From contig NZ_BCZP01000008.1 in assembly GCF_001598795.1 (NCBI RefSeq), positions 90,001 to 122,000 of the forward strand: a DNA stretch of 32,000 nucleotides, given 5' to 3'. The DNA is from Delftia acidovorans NBRC 14950 (GTDB taxonomy: Bacteria; Pseudomonadota; Gammaproteobacteria; Burkholderiales; Burkholderiaceae_C). Both the position numbers and the translations under genes were made by a program. Below, piece by piece: positions 17,734-25,739 of the stretch; the first letter of the stretch is position 1, and the number at the start of each line of letters is the position of its first letter. The notes under the pieces were generated by a model. It was not told the DNA's origin and made no database searches. It saw nothing but the letters and a program-made list of their open reading frames with translations.

Positions 17734-19050
17734 ATGGAACAACTGCTTTACAAGGTGGAAGACCGTCCGCCAATGCTCATCACCACGGTGCTTCTGTCGC
17801 TGCAGCACCTGCTGGCGGCGCTGGGCGGCATCATCGCCGTGCCCCTGGTCTTCGGCGGGGCGCTCAAGCTGCCGGCCGACCAGATCGTGGCGCTGGTGAA
17901 TGCAGCGCTGCTGGGCTCGGGCGTGGTCACCATCGTCCAGTGCAGGGGGGTGGGGCCCGTGGGCATACGGCTGCCCTGCGTCATGGGCACAAGCTTCGCC
18001 TTCGTGGGCGCGGGCATCAGCGTGGGGCTGGAGCATGGCGTGGCCGGCATCCTGGGCTCCTCGCTGGTAGGGTCGCTGGTGATGATCGTGGGCAGCTACT
18101 TCATGCCCGTGATCCGCCGCTTCTTTCCGCACACCGTGACCAGCGTGGTCGTGACCATGATCGGCCTGTCGCTGACCCCCGTCGCCGTGGACTGGGCTGC
18201 GGGCGGCATGGGCCGCAGCGACTACGGCGCGATCGGCCACCTGGCCATCGCCGGCTTCGTGCTGGTGCTGGTGATCGGCTTCGTGCAGTGGGGCAGGGGC
18301 ATCGTCTCTGCCTCGGCCGTGGTGCTGGGCATCGCCTGCGGCTATGTGCTGTGCCTGGCGCTGGGCCTTATCGACTTCACCCAGGTGAGCGAGGCCGCGG
18401 TCTTCGCCATCCCGCAACCGCTGACCTTCGGCATGACGTTCCCGGTGGCCGGCATCGTCGCCATGTCCATCGCCTTTCTGGTGACCATCGTCGAGACCAC
18501 GGGCACCTTCATGGCCCTGGGCGCGGCCACGCAGACGCGCATCGACGGCAAGCGCCTGTCCAGCGGCATGCTGTGCGATGGCGTGGGCTCGGCCTTCGCC
18601 GCCGTGATGTCCAGCCCTCCGCTGTCCACCTTCGCCCAGAACGTGGGCGTAGTCTCGCTGACCGGCGTGGCCAGCCGCCACGTGGTCATGCTGACGGGCG
18701 TCATGCTGCTGCTGGCCGGACTCTTTCCCGTGCTGGGCGCACTGGTGGTGACGATTCCGCAGCCCGTGCTCGGCGGCGCGGGGCTGATGATGTTTGCCAT
18801 GATCATTTCTGCCGGCATCCGCATGCTCAGCGGCGCCGAGCACTCGCGGCGCGCCAGCCTGATCATCGCGGTCTCGCTGGGCTGCGGCCTGGCGGTCACG
18901 GTGCGCCCGGACCTGCTGTCCCGCATGCCTGCCTTCGTGCGCGAAGTCTTCGGCTCGGGCATAACCGTCGGCGCCCTGGTCGCGGTGGGGCTGAACCTGC
19001 TGCTGCCCGGCCGCGAGGTCGATGCCCATCCCGAGGAAGCCGTGGCCTGA
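17734..19050 (+). CDS. Nucleobase:cation symporter-2 (xanthine/uracil/purine permease) family transporter
   Basis: 438 aa, polytopic. N-terminus VEDRPPMLITTVLLSLQHLLAALGGIIAVPLVFGG and FAQNVGVVSLTGVASR are typical NCS2 motifs. Confidence 0.9.
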   Translation: MEQLLYKVEDRPPMLITTVLLSLQHLLAALGGIIAVPLVFGGALKLPADQIVALVNAALLGSGVVTIVQCRGVGPVGIRLPCVMGTSFAFVGAGISVGLEHGVAGILGSSLVGSLVMIVGSYFMPVIRRFFPHTVTSVVVTMIGLSLTPVAVDWAAGGMGRSDYGAIGHLAIAGFVLVLVIGFVQWGRGIVSASAVVLGIACGYVLCLALGLIDFTQVSEAAVFAIPQPLTFGMTFPVAGIVAMSIAFLVTIVETTGTFMALGAATQTRIDGKRLSSGMLCDGVGSAFAAVMSSPPLSTFAQNVGVVSLTGVASRHVVMLTGVMLLLAGLFPVLGALVVTIPQPVLGGAGLMMFAMIISAGIRMLSGAEHSRRASLIIAVSLGCGLAVTVRPDLLSRMPAFVREVFGSGITVGALVAVGLNLLLPGREVDAHPEEAVA

Positions 19051-19081
19051 TGCGCATTTTCATGGGCCTACACTGCGGCCC

Positions 19082-19450
19082 ATGAACACCACCGCACCCC
19101 GCACCGACATCACCATCTACCACAACAACCGCTGCAGCAACTCGCGCGGCGCGCTGGCCCTGCTGCGCGACAACGGCGTGGAGCCGACCATCGTCGACTA
19201 CATCGCCCAGCCCCTGGACGCTGAGCAACTGCAGGCCCTGGTCCGGCGGCTGGGCGTGCCCGTGCGCGAGCTGCTGCGCAGCAAGGAAGCCGTCTACACC
19301 GAGCTGGGCCTGGGCGATGCATCCGTCAGCGATGCGCAGCTCATCGCCGCCGTGGCCGAGCACCCCGTGCTGCTCAACCGCCCCATCGTCGTCACGCCCA
19401 AGGGCGCGGCGCTGTGCCGTCCGCCGGAGAAGGTGCTGGCGCTGATCTGA
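19082..19450 (+). CDS. ArsC/Spx-family arsenate reductase-like protein (YfgD-like)
   Basis: Internal ATG at 19082 of ORF 19022..19450. ITIYHNNRCSNSRGAL active-site region and LLNRPIVV near the C-terminus. Confidence 0.85.
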   Translation: MNTTAPRTDITIYHNNRCSNSRGALALLRDNGVEPTIVDYIAQPLDAEQLQALVRRLGVPVRELLRSKEAVYTELGLGDASVSDAQLIAAVAEHPVLLNRPIVVTPKGAALCRPPEKVLALI

Positions 19451-19545
19451 GATGCACGGCGAGGGTTCTAAGCCTCGCCTAAGTCTGCCCCTTCAGACTT
19501 CTCCCCAACGCAGCAAGGAACGCTGCTTTTGAGGAAAGGTCTGCG

Positions 19546-21108
19546 ATGAACAAGATTCTGTCCACTCCCCGCCGTCTGGTGCTGGCCCTGGTGGCCGCAG
19601 GTGCCATCGGCGCCCTGGGCGCCACGGGCGCCGGTCTGGTTGGTGTGGTGCATGGCGATGCGCGTGCCGCCACGTCGCTGTTTGCGCCTGCAGCACAGCC
19701 TGCTTCTACCGCTTCTCCAGCTTCCCCCGCCGCCGCCGTGGCGGCGCCCAACTTTGCCGACATCACGGCGCGCAACGGCGCGGCCGTGGTCAACATCAGC
19801 GTGGTCGGCAGCTCGCGTGCCATGGGCGAGGATGGCGACGAGGCCGCTGCACGGCAAGGCCAGGGCCAAGGTCAGGGCCTGCAGGGCATGGACCCCAACG
19901 ATCCGTTCTTTGAATTCTTCCGCCGCTTCGGCGTGCCCGGCATGCCGGGCATGGGCCAGGGCCAGCCCCAGCGCGATGTGCCCACGCGCGGCGAAGGCTC
20001 GGGCTTCATCGTCTCCAGCGACGGCCTGATCCTGACCAACGCCCACGTGGTGCGCGGCGCCAAGGAAGTCACTGTCAAGCTCACCGACCGGCGCGAGTTC
20101 AGCGCCAAGGTGCTGGGCGCCGATCCCAAGACCGACGTGGCCGTGCTGCGCATCGAGGCGAAGAACCTGCCCACCGTATCGCTGGGCAAGACGGCCGACC
20201 TGCGCGTGGGCGACTGGGTGCTGGCCATCGGCTCGCCCTTCGGCTTCGAGAGCAGCGTGACGGCCGGTGTGGTCAGCGCCAAGGGCCGCACCCTGCCTGA
20301 CGACTCCTTCGTGCCCTTCCTGCAGACCGACGTGGCCATCAACCCCGGCAACTCGGGCGGCCCGCTGTTCAATGCGCGCGGCGAGGTGGTGGGCATCAAC
20401 AGCCAGATCTACTCGCGCTCGGGCGGCTACCAGGGCGTGTCCTTCGCCATTCCCATCGAGGTGGCCACGCGCGTGCAGCAGCAGATCGTGGCCACGGGCA
20501 AGGTGCAGCATGCGCGGCTGGGCGTGGCCGTGCAGGAGGTGAACCAGGCCTTTGCCGATTCCTTCAAGCTCGACCGTCCCGAAGGCGCCCTGGTGTCCAG
20601 CGTGGACAAGAGCGGCCCCGCCGCCAAGGCGGGCCTGGAGCCCGGCGACGTGGTGCGCAAGATCGATGGCCAGCCCATCGTGGGATCGGGCGATCTGCCG
20701 GCCTTTGTGGGCCAGGCGCTGCCGGGCCAGAAGGTCACGCTGGAGATATGGCGCAACGGCGAGGCCCGCACGCTCAGCGCCGTGCTGGGCGATGCCAGCG
20801 ACAAGGCCGCCAAGGTGGCCAAGGACAAGCCCGACGCCGGCAAGGGCAAGCTGGGCCTGGCCCTGCGCCCGCTGCAGCCCGAGGAAAAGCAGCAGATCGG
20901 CGTGAAGGACGGCCTGGTTGTGGCCGACGCCGCAGGCCCGGCGGCCGAGGCCGGCATCACGCAGGGCGATGTGCTGCTGTCCATCAATGGCACGCCTGCC
21001 GGTGATATCGAGGCCGTGCGTGCCGCCATGGCCAAGGCCGGCAAGACCGTGGCCGTGCTGATCTGGCGCGATGGCAACAGGATCTTTGTCCCCGTACGTC
21101 TCGGGTAA
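19546..21108 (+). CDS. Periplasmic serine endoprotease DegP/DegQ/MucD family (two PDZ domains)
   Basis: Signal-like N-terminus. Catalytic triad contexts TNAHVV, DVAVLRI and GNSGGPLFN, followed by two PDZ-like segments. Confidence 0.92.
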   Translation: MNKILSTPRRLVLALVAAGAIGALGATGAGLVGVVHGDARAATSLFAPAAQPASTASPASPAAAVAAPNFADITARNGAAVVNISVVGSSRAMGEDGDEAAARQGQGQGQGLQGMDPNDPFFEFFRRFGVPGMPGMGQGQPQRDVPTRGEGSGFIVSSDGLILTNAHVVRGAKEVTVKLTDRREFSAKVLGADPKTDVAVLRIEAKNLPTVSLGKTADLRVGDWVLAIGSPFGFESSVTAGVVSAKGRTLPDDSFVPFLQTDVAINPGNSGGPLFNARGEVVGINSQIYSRSGGYQGVSFAIPIEVATRVQQQIVATGKVQHARLGVAVQEVNQAFADSFKLDRPEGALVSSVDKSGPAAKAGLEPGDVVRKIDGQPIVGSGDLPAFVGQALPGQKVTLEIWRNGEARTLSAVLGDASDKAAKVAKDKPDAGKGKLGLALRPLQPEEKQQIGVKDGLVVADAAGPAAEAGITQGDVLLSINGTPAGDIEAVRAAMAKAGKTVAVLIWRDGNRIFVPVRLG

Positions 21109-21159
21109 GTGAAAGGAGGTAAGGGACCAGAAGCATCCACACACTTGATTGATCGCACG

Positions 21160-21192
21160 GCCCCGGCGTGAATGCGCCGGGGCTATCGCTTT
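21160..21192 (+). terminator. Rho-independent terminator after the protease gene
   Basis: GCCCCGGCG (21160-21168), loop TGAATG, CGCCGGGGC (21175-21183), then TATCGCTTT. Confidence 0.75.
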
Positions 21193-21416
21193 GGGAAAAC
21201 CCAGAGAAAAATGCCAGCGGTCCAAGGATCGGTATGCCAATGTGATGGTTGTATCGTGTGAAATAACGCCCGTTTGCGTTAGTAATGTTTCTTTTTGTGA
21301 CGGATTGATGTAAGGGAAACCGCTTAGACTGCCGGCCCATCGAGGCGTGCGCTGACCGTCTTGATTCACGGAATACGGCCCCTGGGGGCGCAACGCATCA
21401 CAGGAAAGGCACGGCT

Positions 21417-22934
21417 TTGAATCAGGACTACAGCTTGCAGGTGGCGGGTTTGGGCGCATCGTTCGGTGCGCGCGTCATCCTGGCTGAGGTGGACTTCGCA
21501 CTGCCCGCCCGGGGCGTCACCGTTCTGCTGGGGCCTTCGGGATCGGGCAAATCCACCCTGCTGCGCACGCTGGCCGATCTCAATGCCGCCAATCCGCGTT
21601 TTCGCCGCTGGGGCAGCACGCGCTACGCGGGCCAGCCATGGAGCAGCGGCATGCAGGCGCCGCGCCTGGTGCAGCAGCAGGCCAGGCTGATGATGGCCAG
21701 CACCTTCGATGCCATCGTGGAGCTGGCGCGCCCCCGTCTCAAGCTGGTGCCGCATGAGCTGCGCGACTGGTGCCGCTCCCAGGTGCAGGCCTTTGGCTTC
21801 CCCGAGCTGGGATTGATGCTGGACCAGCCCGCGCTGGAGCTGTCTGCCGTGCAGCAGCGGGCCGTGGCCATCCTGCGCGAGGCGCTGGCCGAGCCGGCGC
21901 TGCTGATGGTGGACGAGCCCACGGCCGAGCTGGAGGGCTACGAGGCCTTCGTGCTGCTGGAACTGCTGCGCCAGGTGGGTCAGCGCACCGCCGTGCTGAT
22001 GAGCACGCACCACCAGCAGCACGCACAGGCCGTGGCGCAGGACATGCTGCTGCTGGCCGGCGGCCGCATCGCCGAGGCGCAATCCATGGAAGCCTTTCTG
22101 CGTGCACCGCTGTCGCTGGCGGGCCAGCAGTTCTTGCGCACCGGCAGCTGTGCCGTGGCCTCTCCCGATGCGCGGGCCGAAGACCTGGAGGAGGGCGTGC
22201 CCCTGCCTCCTCCGCTGCCTGCAGCGGCCGTGGCCGCGATCTCCGAGTTTCTGTCGGATGCAGTGGCCGCCGAGCCTGCGTCCGAGCCCATGCCTGCACC
22301 TGAGCCTGTGCCCGTGCCCGTGCCTGCATCCATGCCTGCGCCGGTACCCGCACCCGCACCGACACCCACTGCCGCTGCCGCTGCCCGGCCGCGCGCCGTC
22401 AATCCCGCCGTGCTGGTGGACTGGCAGCCGCTGGCCGCCGACCCGCAGGCCGTGCCCGCCAGCCGCGGCCCCAACGGTTTTGCCTGGCTGGTGCCGGGCC
22501 GGCTGGCCGGTGCGCCGCAGCCCGGCGTGGTGCAGTCCATGGACTTTGACCTGAAGGCCCTGCGCGGCTGCGGCGTCACCGTGCTGATCACGCTGACCGA
22601 AAACGACCTGCCACAAGAGCCGCTGCAGCAGCACGGCCTGCGCAACCTGCACCTGCCGGTGCGCGACCACGAATCACCCACGGTGGCCCAGATCCAGATG
22701 CTGCTGGCGCGCATGTCGGCCATGCTGCGCGCGGGCGAGGTGCTGGCCGTGCACTGCCTGGCCGGCCTGGGCCGCACGGGCACGGTGCTGGCCGCATGGC
22801 TGGTGCGCGAGGGCCTCACCGCCGACGAGGCGCTGCGCCGCGTGCGCCTCATCGACGCCCAGTACGTGCAGTCCCAGGCCCAGGAGGACCTGCTCTACGC
22901 GTACGAAGTGGCACTGCTGCTGAAGATGGGCTGA
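21417..22934 (+). CDS. Fusion protein: soluble ABC-type ATPase domain, Pro/Ala-rich linker, dual-specificity/PTP-type protein phosphatase domain
   Basis: TTG start with AGGAAAGG (21402-21409) 7 nt upstream. Walker A GPSGSGKST (21531-21557), degenerate signature LSAVQQRAV, Walker B LLMVDEPT, H-loop STHH. Linker PMPAPEPVPVPVPASMPAPVPAPAPTP. C-terminal C(X)5R P-loop VHCLAGLGRTG (HCLAGLGRT at 22752-22778). Confidence 0.8.
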   Translation: MNQDYSLQVAGLGASFGARVILAEVDFALPARGVTVLLGPSGSGKSTLLRTLADLNAANPRFRRWGSTRYAGQPWSSGMQAPRLVQQQARLMMASTFDAIVELARPRLKLVPHELRDWCRSQVQAFGFPELGLMLDQPALELSAVQQRAVAILREALAEPALLMVDEPTAELEGYEAFVLLELLRQVGQRTAVLMSTHHQQHAQAVAQDMLLLAGGRIAEAQSMEAFLRAPLSLAGQQFLRTGSCAVASPDARAEDLEEGVPLPPPLPAAAVAAISEFLSDAVAAEPASEPMPAPEPVPVPVPASMPAPVPAPAPTPTAAAAARPRAVNPAVLVDWQPLAADPQAVPASRGPNGFAWLVPGRLAGAPQPGVVQSMDFDLKALRGCGVTVLITLTENDLPQEPLQQHGLRNLHLPVRDHESPTVAQIQMLLARMSAMLRAGEVLAVHCLAGLGRTGTVLAAWLVREGLTADEALRRVRLIDAQYVQSQAQEDLLYAYEVALLLKMG

Positions 22935-22970
22935 CCGATCACATCCATTCACAAAAAAAGGAAAGCTGCA

Positions 22971-23375
22971 ATGAGCCTGGATAACGTTTTGAGCGAGGTG
23001 GCCGGGTCCGTGCCCGAGTGCCTGGCCATCGGCTACGTGGATGCCGCCTCCGGCATGCTGCTGGCCATCCGCACGGTGGACTCGCATCCGCGCGAAGTCA
23101 TCGACCTGGTGGCCGCCGCCACGGCCGACCTGTTCAACGGCCCCAATGTCTCGATGATCGAGAGCCTGTTCAAGAAGTCGCGCGGCCTCAAGGACGACGG
23201 CCACCACTACTTCCAGGAGCTCATCGTCAACAGCGACAACCTCATCCACGTCTTCCTGCGCGGCAAGCTCATGCCCGACTACGTGGCCGTCTTCGTTTGC
23301 CGGCGCACGGCCAACCTGGGCATGGCGCTGACCAAGGCCCGGATGGCCATGCCTAAGATTGAAGCGGCGGTGTAG
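22971..23375 (+). CDS. Roadblock/LC7 (MglB-like) domain protein
   Basis: 134 aa, 36 nt after the fusion gene, with AGGAAAG upstream. The pattern LSEVAGSVPECLAIGYVDAASGMLLA...VIDLVAAATADLF...QELIVNSDNLIHVFLR...YVAVFVCRRTANLGMA fits the alpha-beta-beta-alpha-beta layout of Roadblock/LC7. Assignment is by eye only. Confidence 0.6.
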   Translation: MSLDNVLSEVAGSVPECLAIGYVDAASGMLLAIRTVDSHPREVIDLVAAATADLFNGPNVSMIESLFKKSRGLKDDGHHYFQELIVNSDNLIHVFLRGKLMPDYVAVFVCRRTANLGMALTKARMAMPKIEAAV

Positions 23376-23435
23376 CCGCCGCTCACCCCCTGAGTCGCCA
23401 ACTGAGCCAGCCTTCCAGGGAGCTATTCTTCAACC

Positions 23436-24110
23436 ATGCGCTTACTGCTTGTTGAAGATGACGCCATGATCGGCGAGGCCGTGCAGACCCTGCTGCGCGG
23501 CGAGGGCCATGCGGTGGACTGGGTCCGTGACGGCCTGCAGGCCGATGCGGCCCTGTGCCCCGGCCCGGGTGGCGGCCATGGCTATGACATGGTGCTGCTG
23601 GACCTGGGCCTGCCGGGGCAGGATGGCCTGCAGGTGCTGCGCCGCCTGCGCGGGCGCCGCGACCGCACGCCGGTGCTGGTGGCCACGGCGCGCGATGCCG
23701 TGCGCGACCGCATTGCCGGGCTGGATGCGGGGGCCGATGACTACGTGGTCAAACCCTATGACCTGGACGAGCTGCTCGCGCGCCTGCGCGCGTTGGCGCG
23801 GCGTGCCTCTGGCGGGTCCGACCCGCTGTACGAGCGCGAGGGCGTGCGGCTCAATCCCGCCACGCGCGAGGCCAGCGTCGATGGGCGCGACGTGGTGCTC
23901 TCGGGCCGCGAATGGGCGGTGCTGGAGACGCTGCTGGCACGCCCGGGCAGCACGCTGTCGCGCCAGCAGATCGAGGACAAGCTCTACGGCTGGGGCGACG
24001 AGGTCAGCAGCAATGCCATCGAGGTCTACATCCACGGCCTGCGCAAGAAGCTGGGCGCGGGGCTGATCCTCAATGTGCGCGGTGTGGGCTACATGGTGCC
24101 CAAGCCATGA
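23436..24110 (+). CDS. OmpR/PhoB-family response regulator (QseB/TctD-like)
   Basis: REC motifs LLLVEDD, VLLDLGLPGQDG and VVKPYD. C-terminal winged-helix region AIEVYIHGLRKKLG...RGVGYMV. Confidence 0.92.
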   Translation: MRLLLVEDDAMIGEAVQTLLRGEGHAVDWVRDGLQADAALCPGPGGGHGYDMVLLDLGLPGQDGLQVLRRLRGRRDRTPVLVATARDAVRDRIAGLDAGADDYVVKPYDLDELLARLRALARRASGGSDPLYEREGVRLNPATREASVDGRDVVLSGREWAVLETLLARPGSTLSRQQIEDKLYGWGDEVSSNAIEVYIHGLRKKLGAGLILNVRGVGYMVPKP

Positions 24111-25570
24111 AGGCGCCGGCTTCCTCCCTTGTTTCCTCCCTTATCGCCCGGGCGCGCAGCCGCCTGCCCGGTGCACTGGGCACGCGGCTGCTCCTGTTCC
24201 TGGGCGCGGCCATCGTGCTCACGGCGCTGCTGCAGGGCCTGCTGGCCTACCGCAATGCGCTGCTGCAGACCGACACCCTGTTCGACTACCAGATGCAGCA
24301 GACCGCCTTTGCGCTGCGCGCCGGCCTGCCGGTGGATGCGCGCGGCAGGCCCCAGGGCACGCCGCCGGAGGACGAGAACCACGAATTCATCGTCCAGGTC
24401 TGGACCAACGAAGGCCTGCGCATTTTTGAATCCGCCCTGGGCGCCGCGCTGCCGCAGATGGCCGTGCTGGGCTTTGCCGATGTGCCCGCGCGCGGCACCG
24501 TATACCGCGTGTTCTCGCTGCAGACGCGCTCGCAGGTGATCCAGGTGGCGCAGGACATGCGCGTGCGCCGCACCCTGGCGCGCGATGCCGCCTGGCAAAG
24601 CCTGCTGCCCATCGCCTTGCTGGCGCCCGTGCTGGCGCTGGCCGTGTGGTGGGTGGTGCGCAGTTCGCTGGCGCCCGTGCAGCGCGTGCGCCGCGAGCTG
24701 GCCACGCGCCGCCCGCAGGACCTGGCCCCCGTGCCTGCCGAGGGCCTGCCCGACGAGGTGCGGCCCCTGGTGGCCGAGCTCAACGCGCTGCTGCAGCGCG
24801 TGGGCCAGGCCTTCGAGGCGCAGCAGCACTTCGTGGCCGACGCCGCGCACGAGCTGCGCTCTCCGCTGGCCGCGCTCAAGCTGCAACTGGTGGCCTTGCA
24901 GCGCGCGCCCGATGCGGCCGCGCATGACGAGGCCGTGCAGCGTCTTTCGGCCGGCATAGACCGGGCCACACGGCTCGTCGAACAATTGTTGACATTGGCG
25001 CGGCAGGAAGCCCAAGGCACGGTACAAGGCACGGCACAAGGCGTGCAAGGCATGCAGGGGCAGCACGACGCTGCCGCGGCCGCACCTGCCGACGTGGACC
25101 TGCGCGAAGTGGTGGAGCAGGCCCTGGCAGACCAGGCCGTGGCCGCCCAGCAGCACGGCCTGGACATGGGCCTGAGCGAGTCCCCGCAACTGCGGCAGTC
25201 CTTTGCCGTGGCGGGCGACGCACAGTCCTTGCAGATGCTGGTGCGCAACCTGCTGGACAACGCCGTCAAGTACGTTCCGCAAGGCGGCCGCGTCGATGTC
25301 GGCTGGCGCAGCGATGCCCAGGGCCGCGCGCTGGTGGTCGAGGACTCGGGCCCCGGCATTGCCGAAAGCGAGCGCGAACTGGTGCTGCGGCGCTTTGTGC
25401 GTGGACCTTCAGCGGCTTCTGCGGGCCAGCAGGCGCAGGGCAGCGGCCTGGGCCTGGCCATTGTGCAGACCATTGCCGAGCGCCACGGTGCTCGCCTGCT
25501 GCTGGACCGCTCGCCCACGCTGGGCGGCCTGCGCGTGCAGGTGATGTGGCCGCCCGTGTCGGGCCGCTGA
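24107..25570 (+). CDS. Sensor histidine kinase (QseC-type, two TM segments)
   Basis: The start ATG overlaps the regulator's stop (ATGA at 24107-24110). H-box FVADAAHELRSPLAAL, N-box LLDNAVKY, G-boxes VEDSGPGI and GSGLGLAIV. Confidence 0.9.
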   Translation: MKAPASSLVSSLIARARSRLPGALGTRLLLFLGAAIVLTALLQGLLAYRNALLQTDTLFDYQMQQTAFALRAGLPVDARGRPQGTPPEDENHEFIVQVWTNEGLRIFESALGAALPQMAVLGFADVPARGTVYRVFSLQTRSQVIQVAQDMRVRRTLARDAAWQSLLPIALLAPVLALAVWWVVRSSLAPVQRVRRELATRRPQDLAPVPAEGLPDEVRPLVAELNALLQRVGQAFEAQQHFVADAAHELRSPLAALKLQLVALQRAPDAAAHDEAVQRLSAGIDRATRLVEQLLTLARQEAQGTVQGTAQGVQGMQGQHDAAAAAPADVDLREVVEQALADQAVAAQQHGLDMGLSESPQLRQSFAVAGDAQSLQMLVRNLLDNAVKYVPQGGRVDVGWRSDAQGRALVVEDSGPGIAESERELVLRRFVRGPSAASAGQQAQGSGLGLAIVQTIAERHGARLLLDRSPTLGGLRVQVMWPPVSGR

Positions 25571-25611
25571 CAGCGGCCGTGGCGCGCAGACGTATCAGCA
25601 TGTAGCGCGCG

Positions 25612-25630
25612 GCGGGAATGCTTCCCGCTT
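25612..25630 (+). terminator. Weak terminator-like hairpin after the kinase gene
   Basis: GCGGGAA tgc TTCCCGC followed only by TT. A second perfect palindrome, GGCCGCTG a CAGCGGCC (25562-25578), spans the kinase stop codon. Confidence 0.35.
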
Positions 25631-25739
25631 GCGTCCGGCCGGGTCACAATCCCCAAATTGGTGCCGGCCCGCCTGCCTTCCCATTCCCTCATCAGGCGCG
25701 CGGGCAGTCTGCATCCGTAGTTATTTCGAGAGGTATTTC

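Noticed and set aside
19516-19545. An extracytoplasmic-stress (sigma-E/AlgU-like) promoter, GAACgc-n16-TCTGcg, in front of the DegP/MucD gene.
   Set aside because: The putative -10 element ends right at the ATG, and the spacer contains the RBS (GAGGAAAGG). A transcript from it could not carry the ribosome-binding site. This is probably a chance match.
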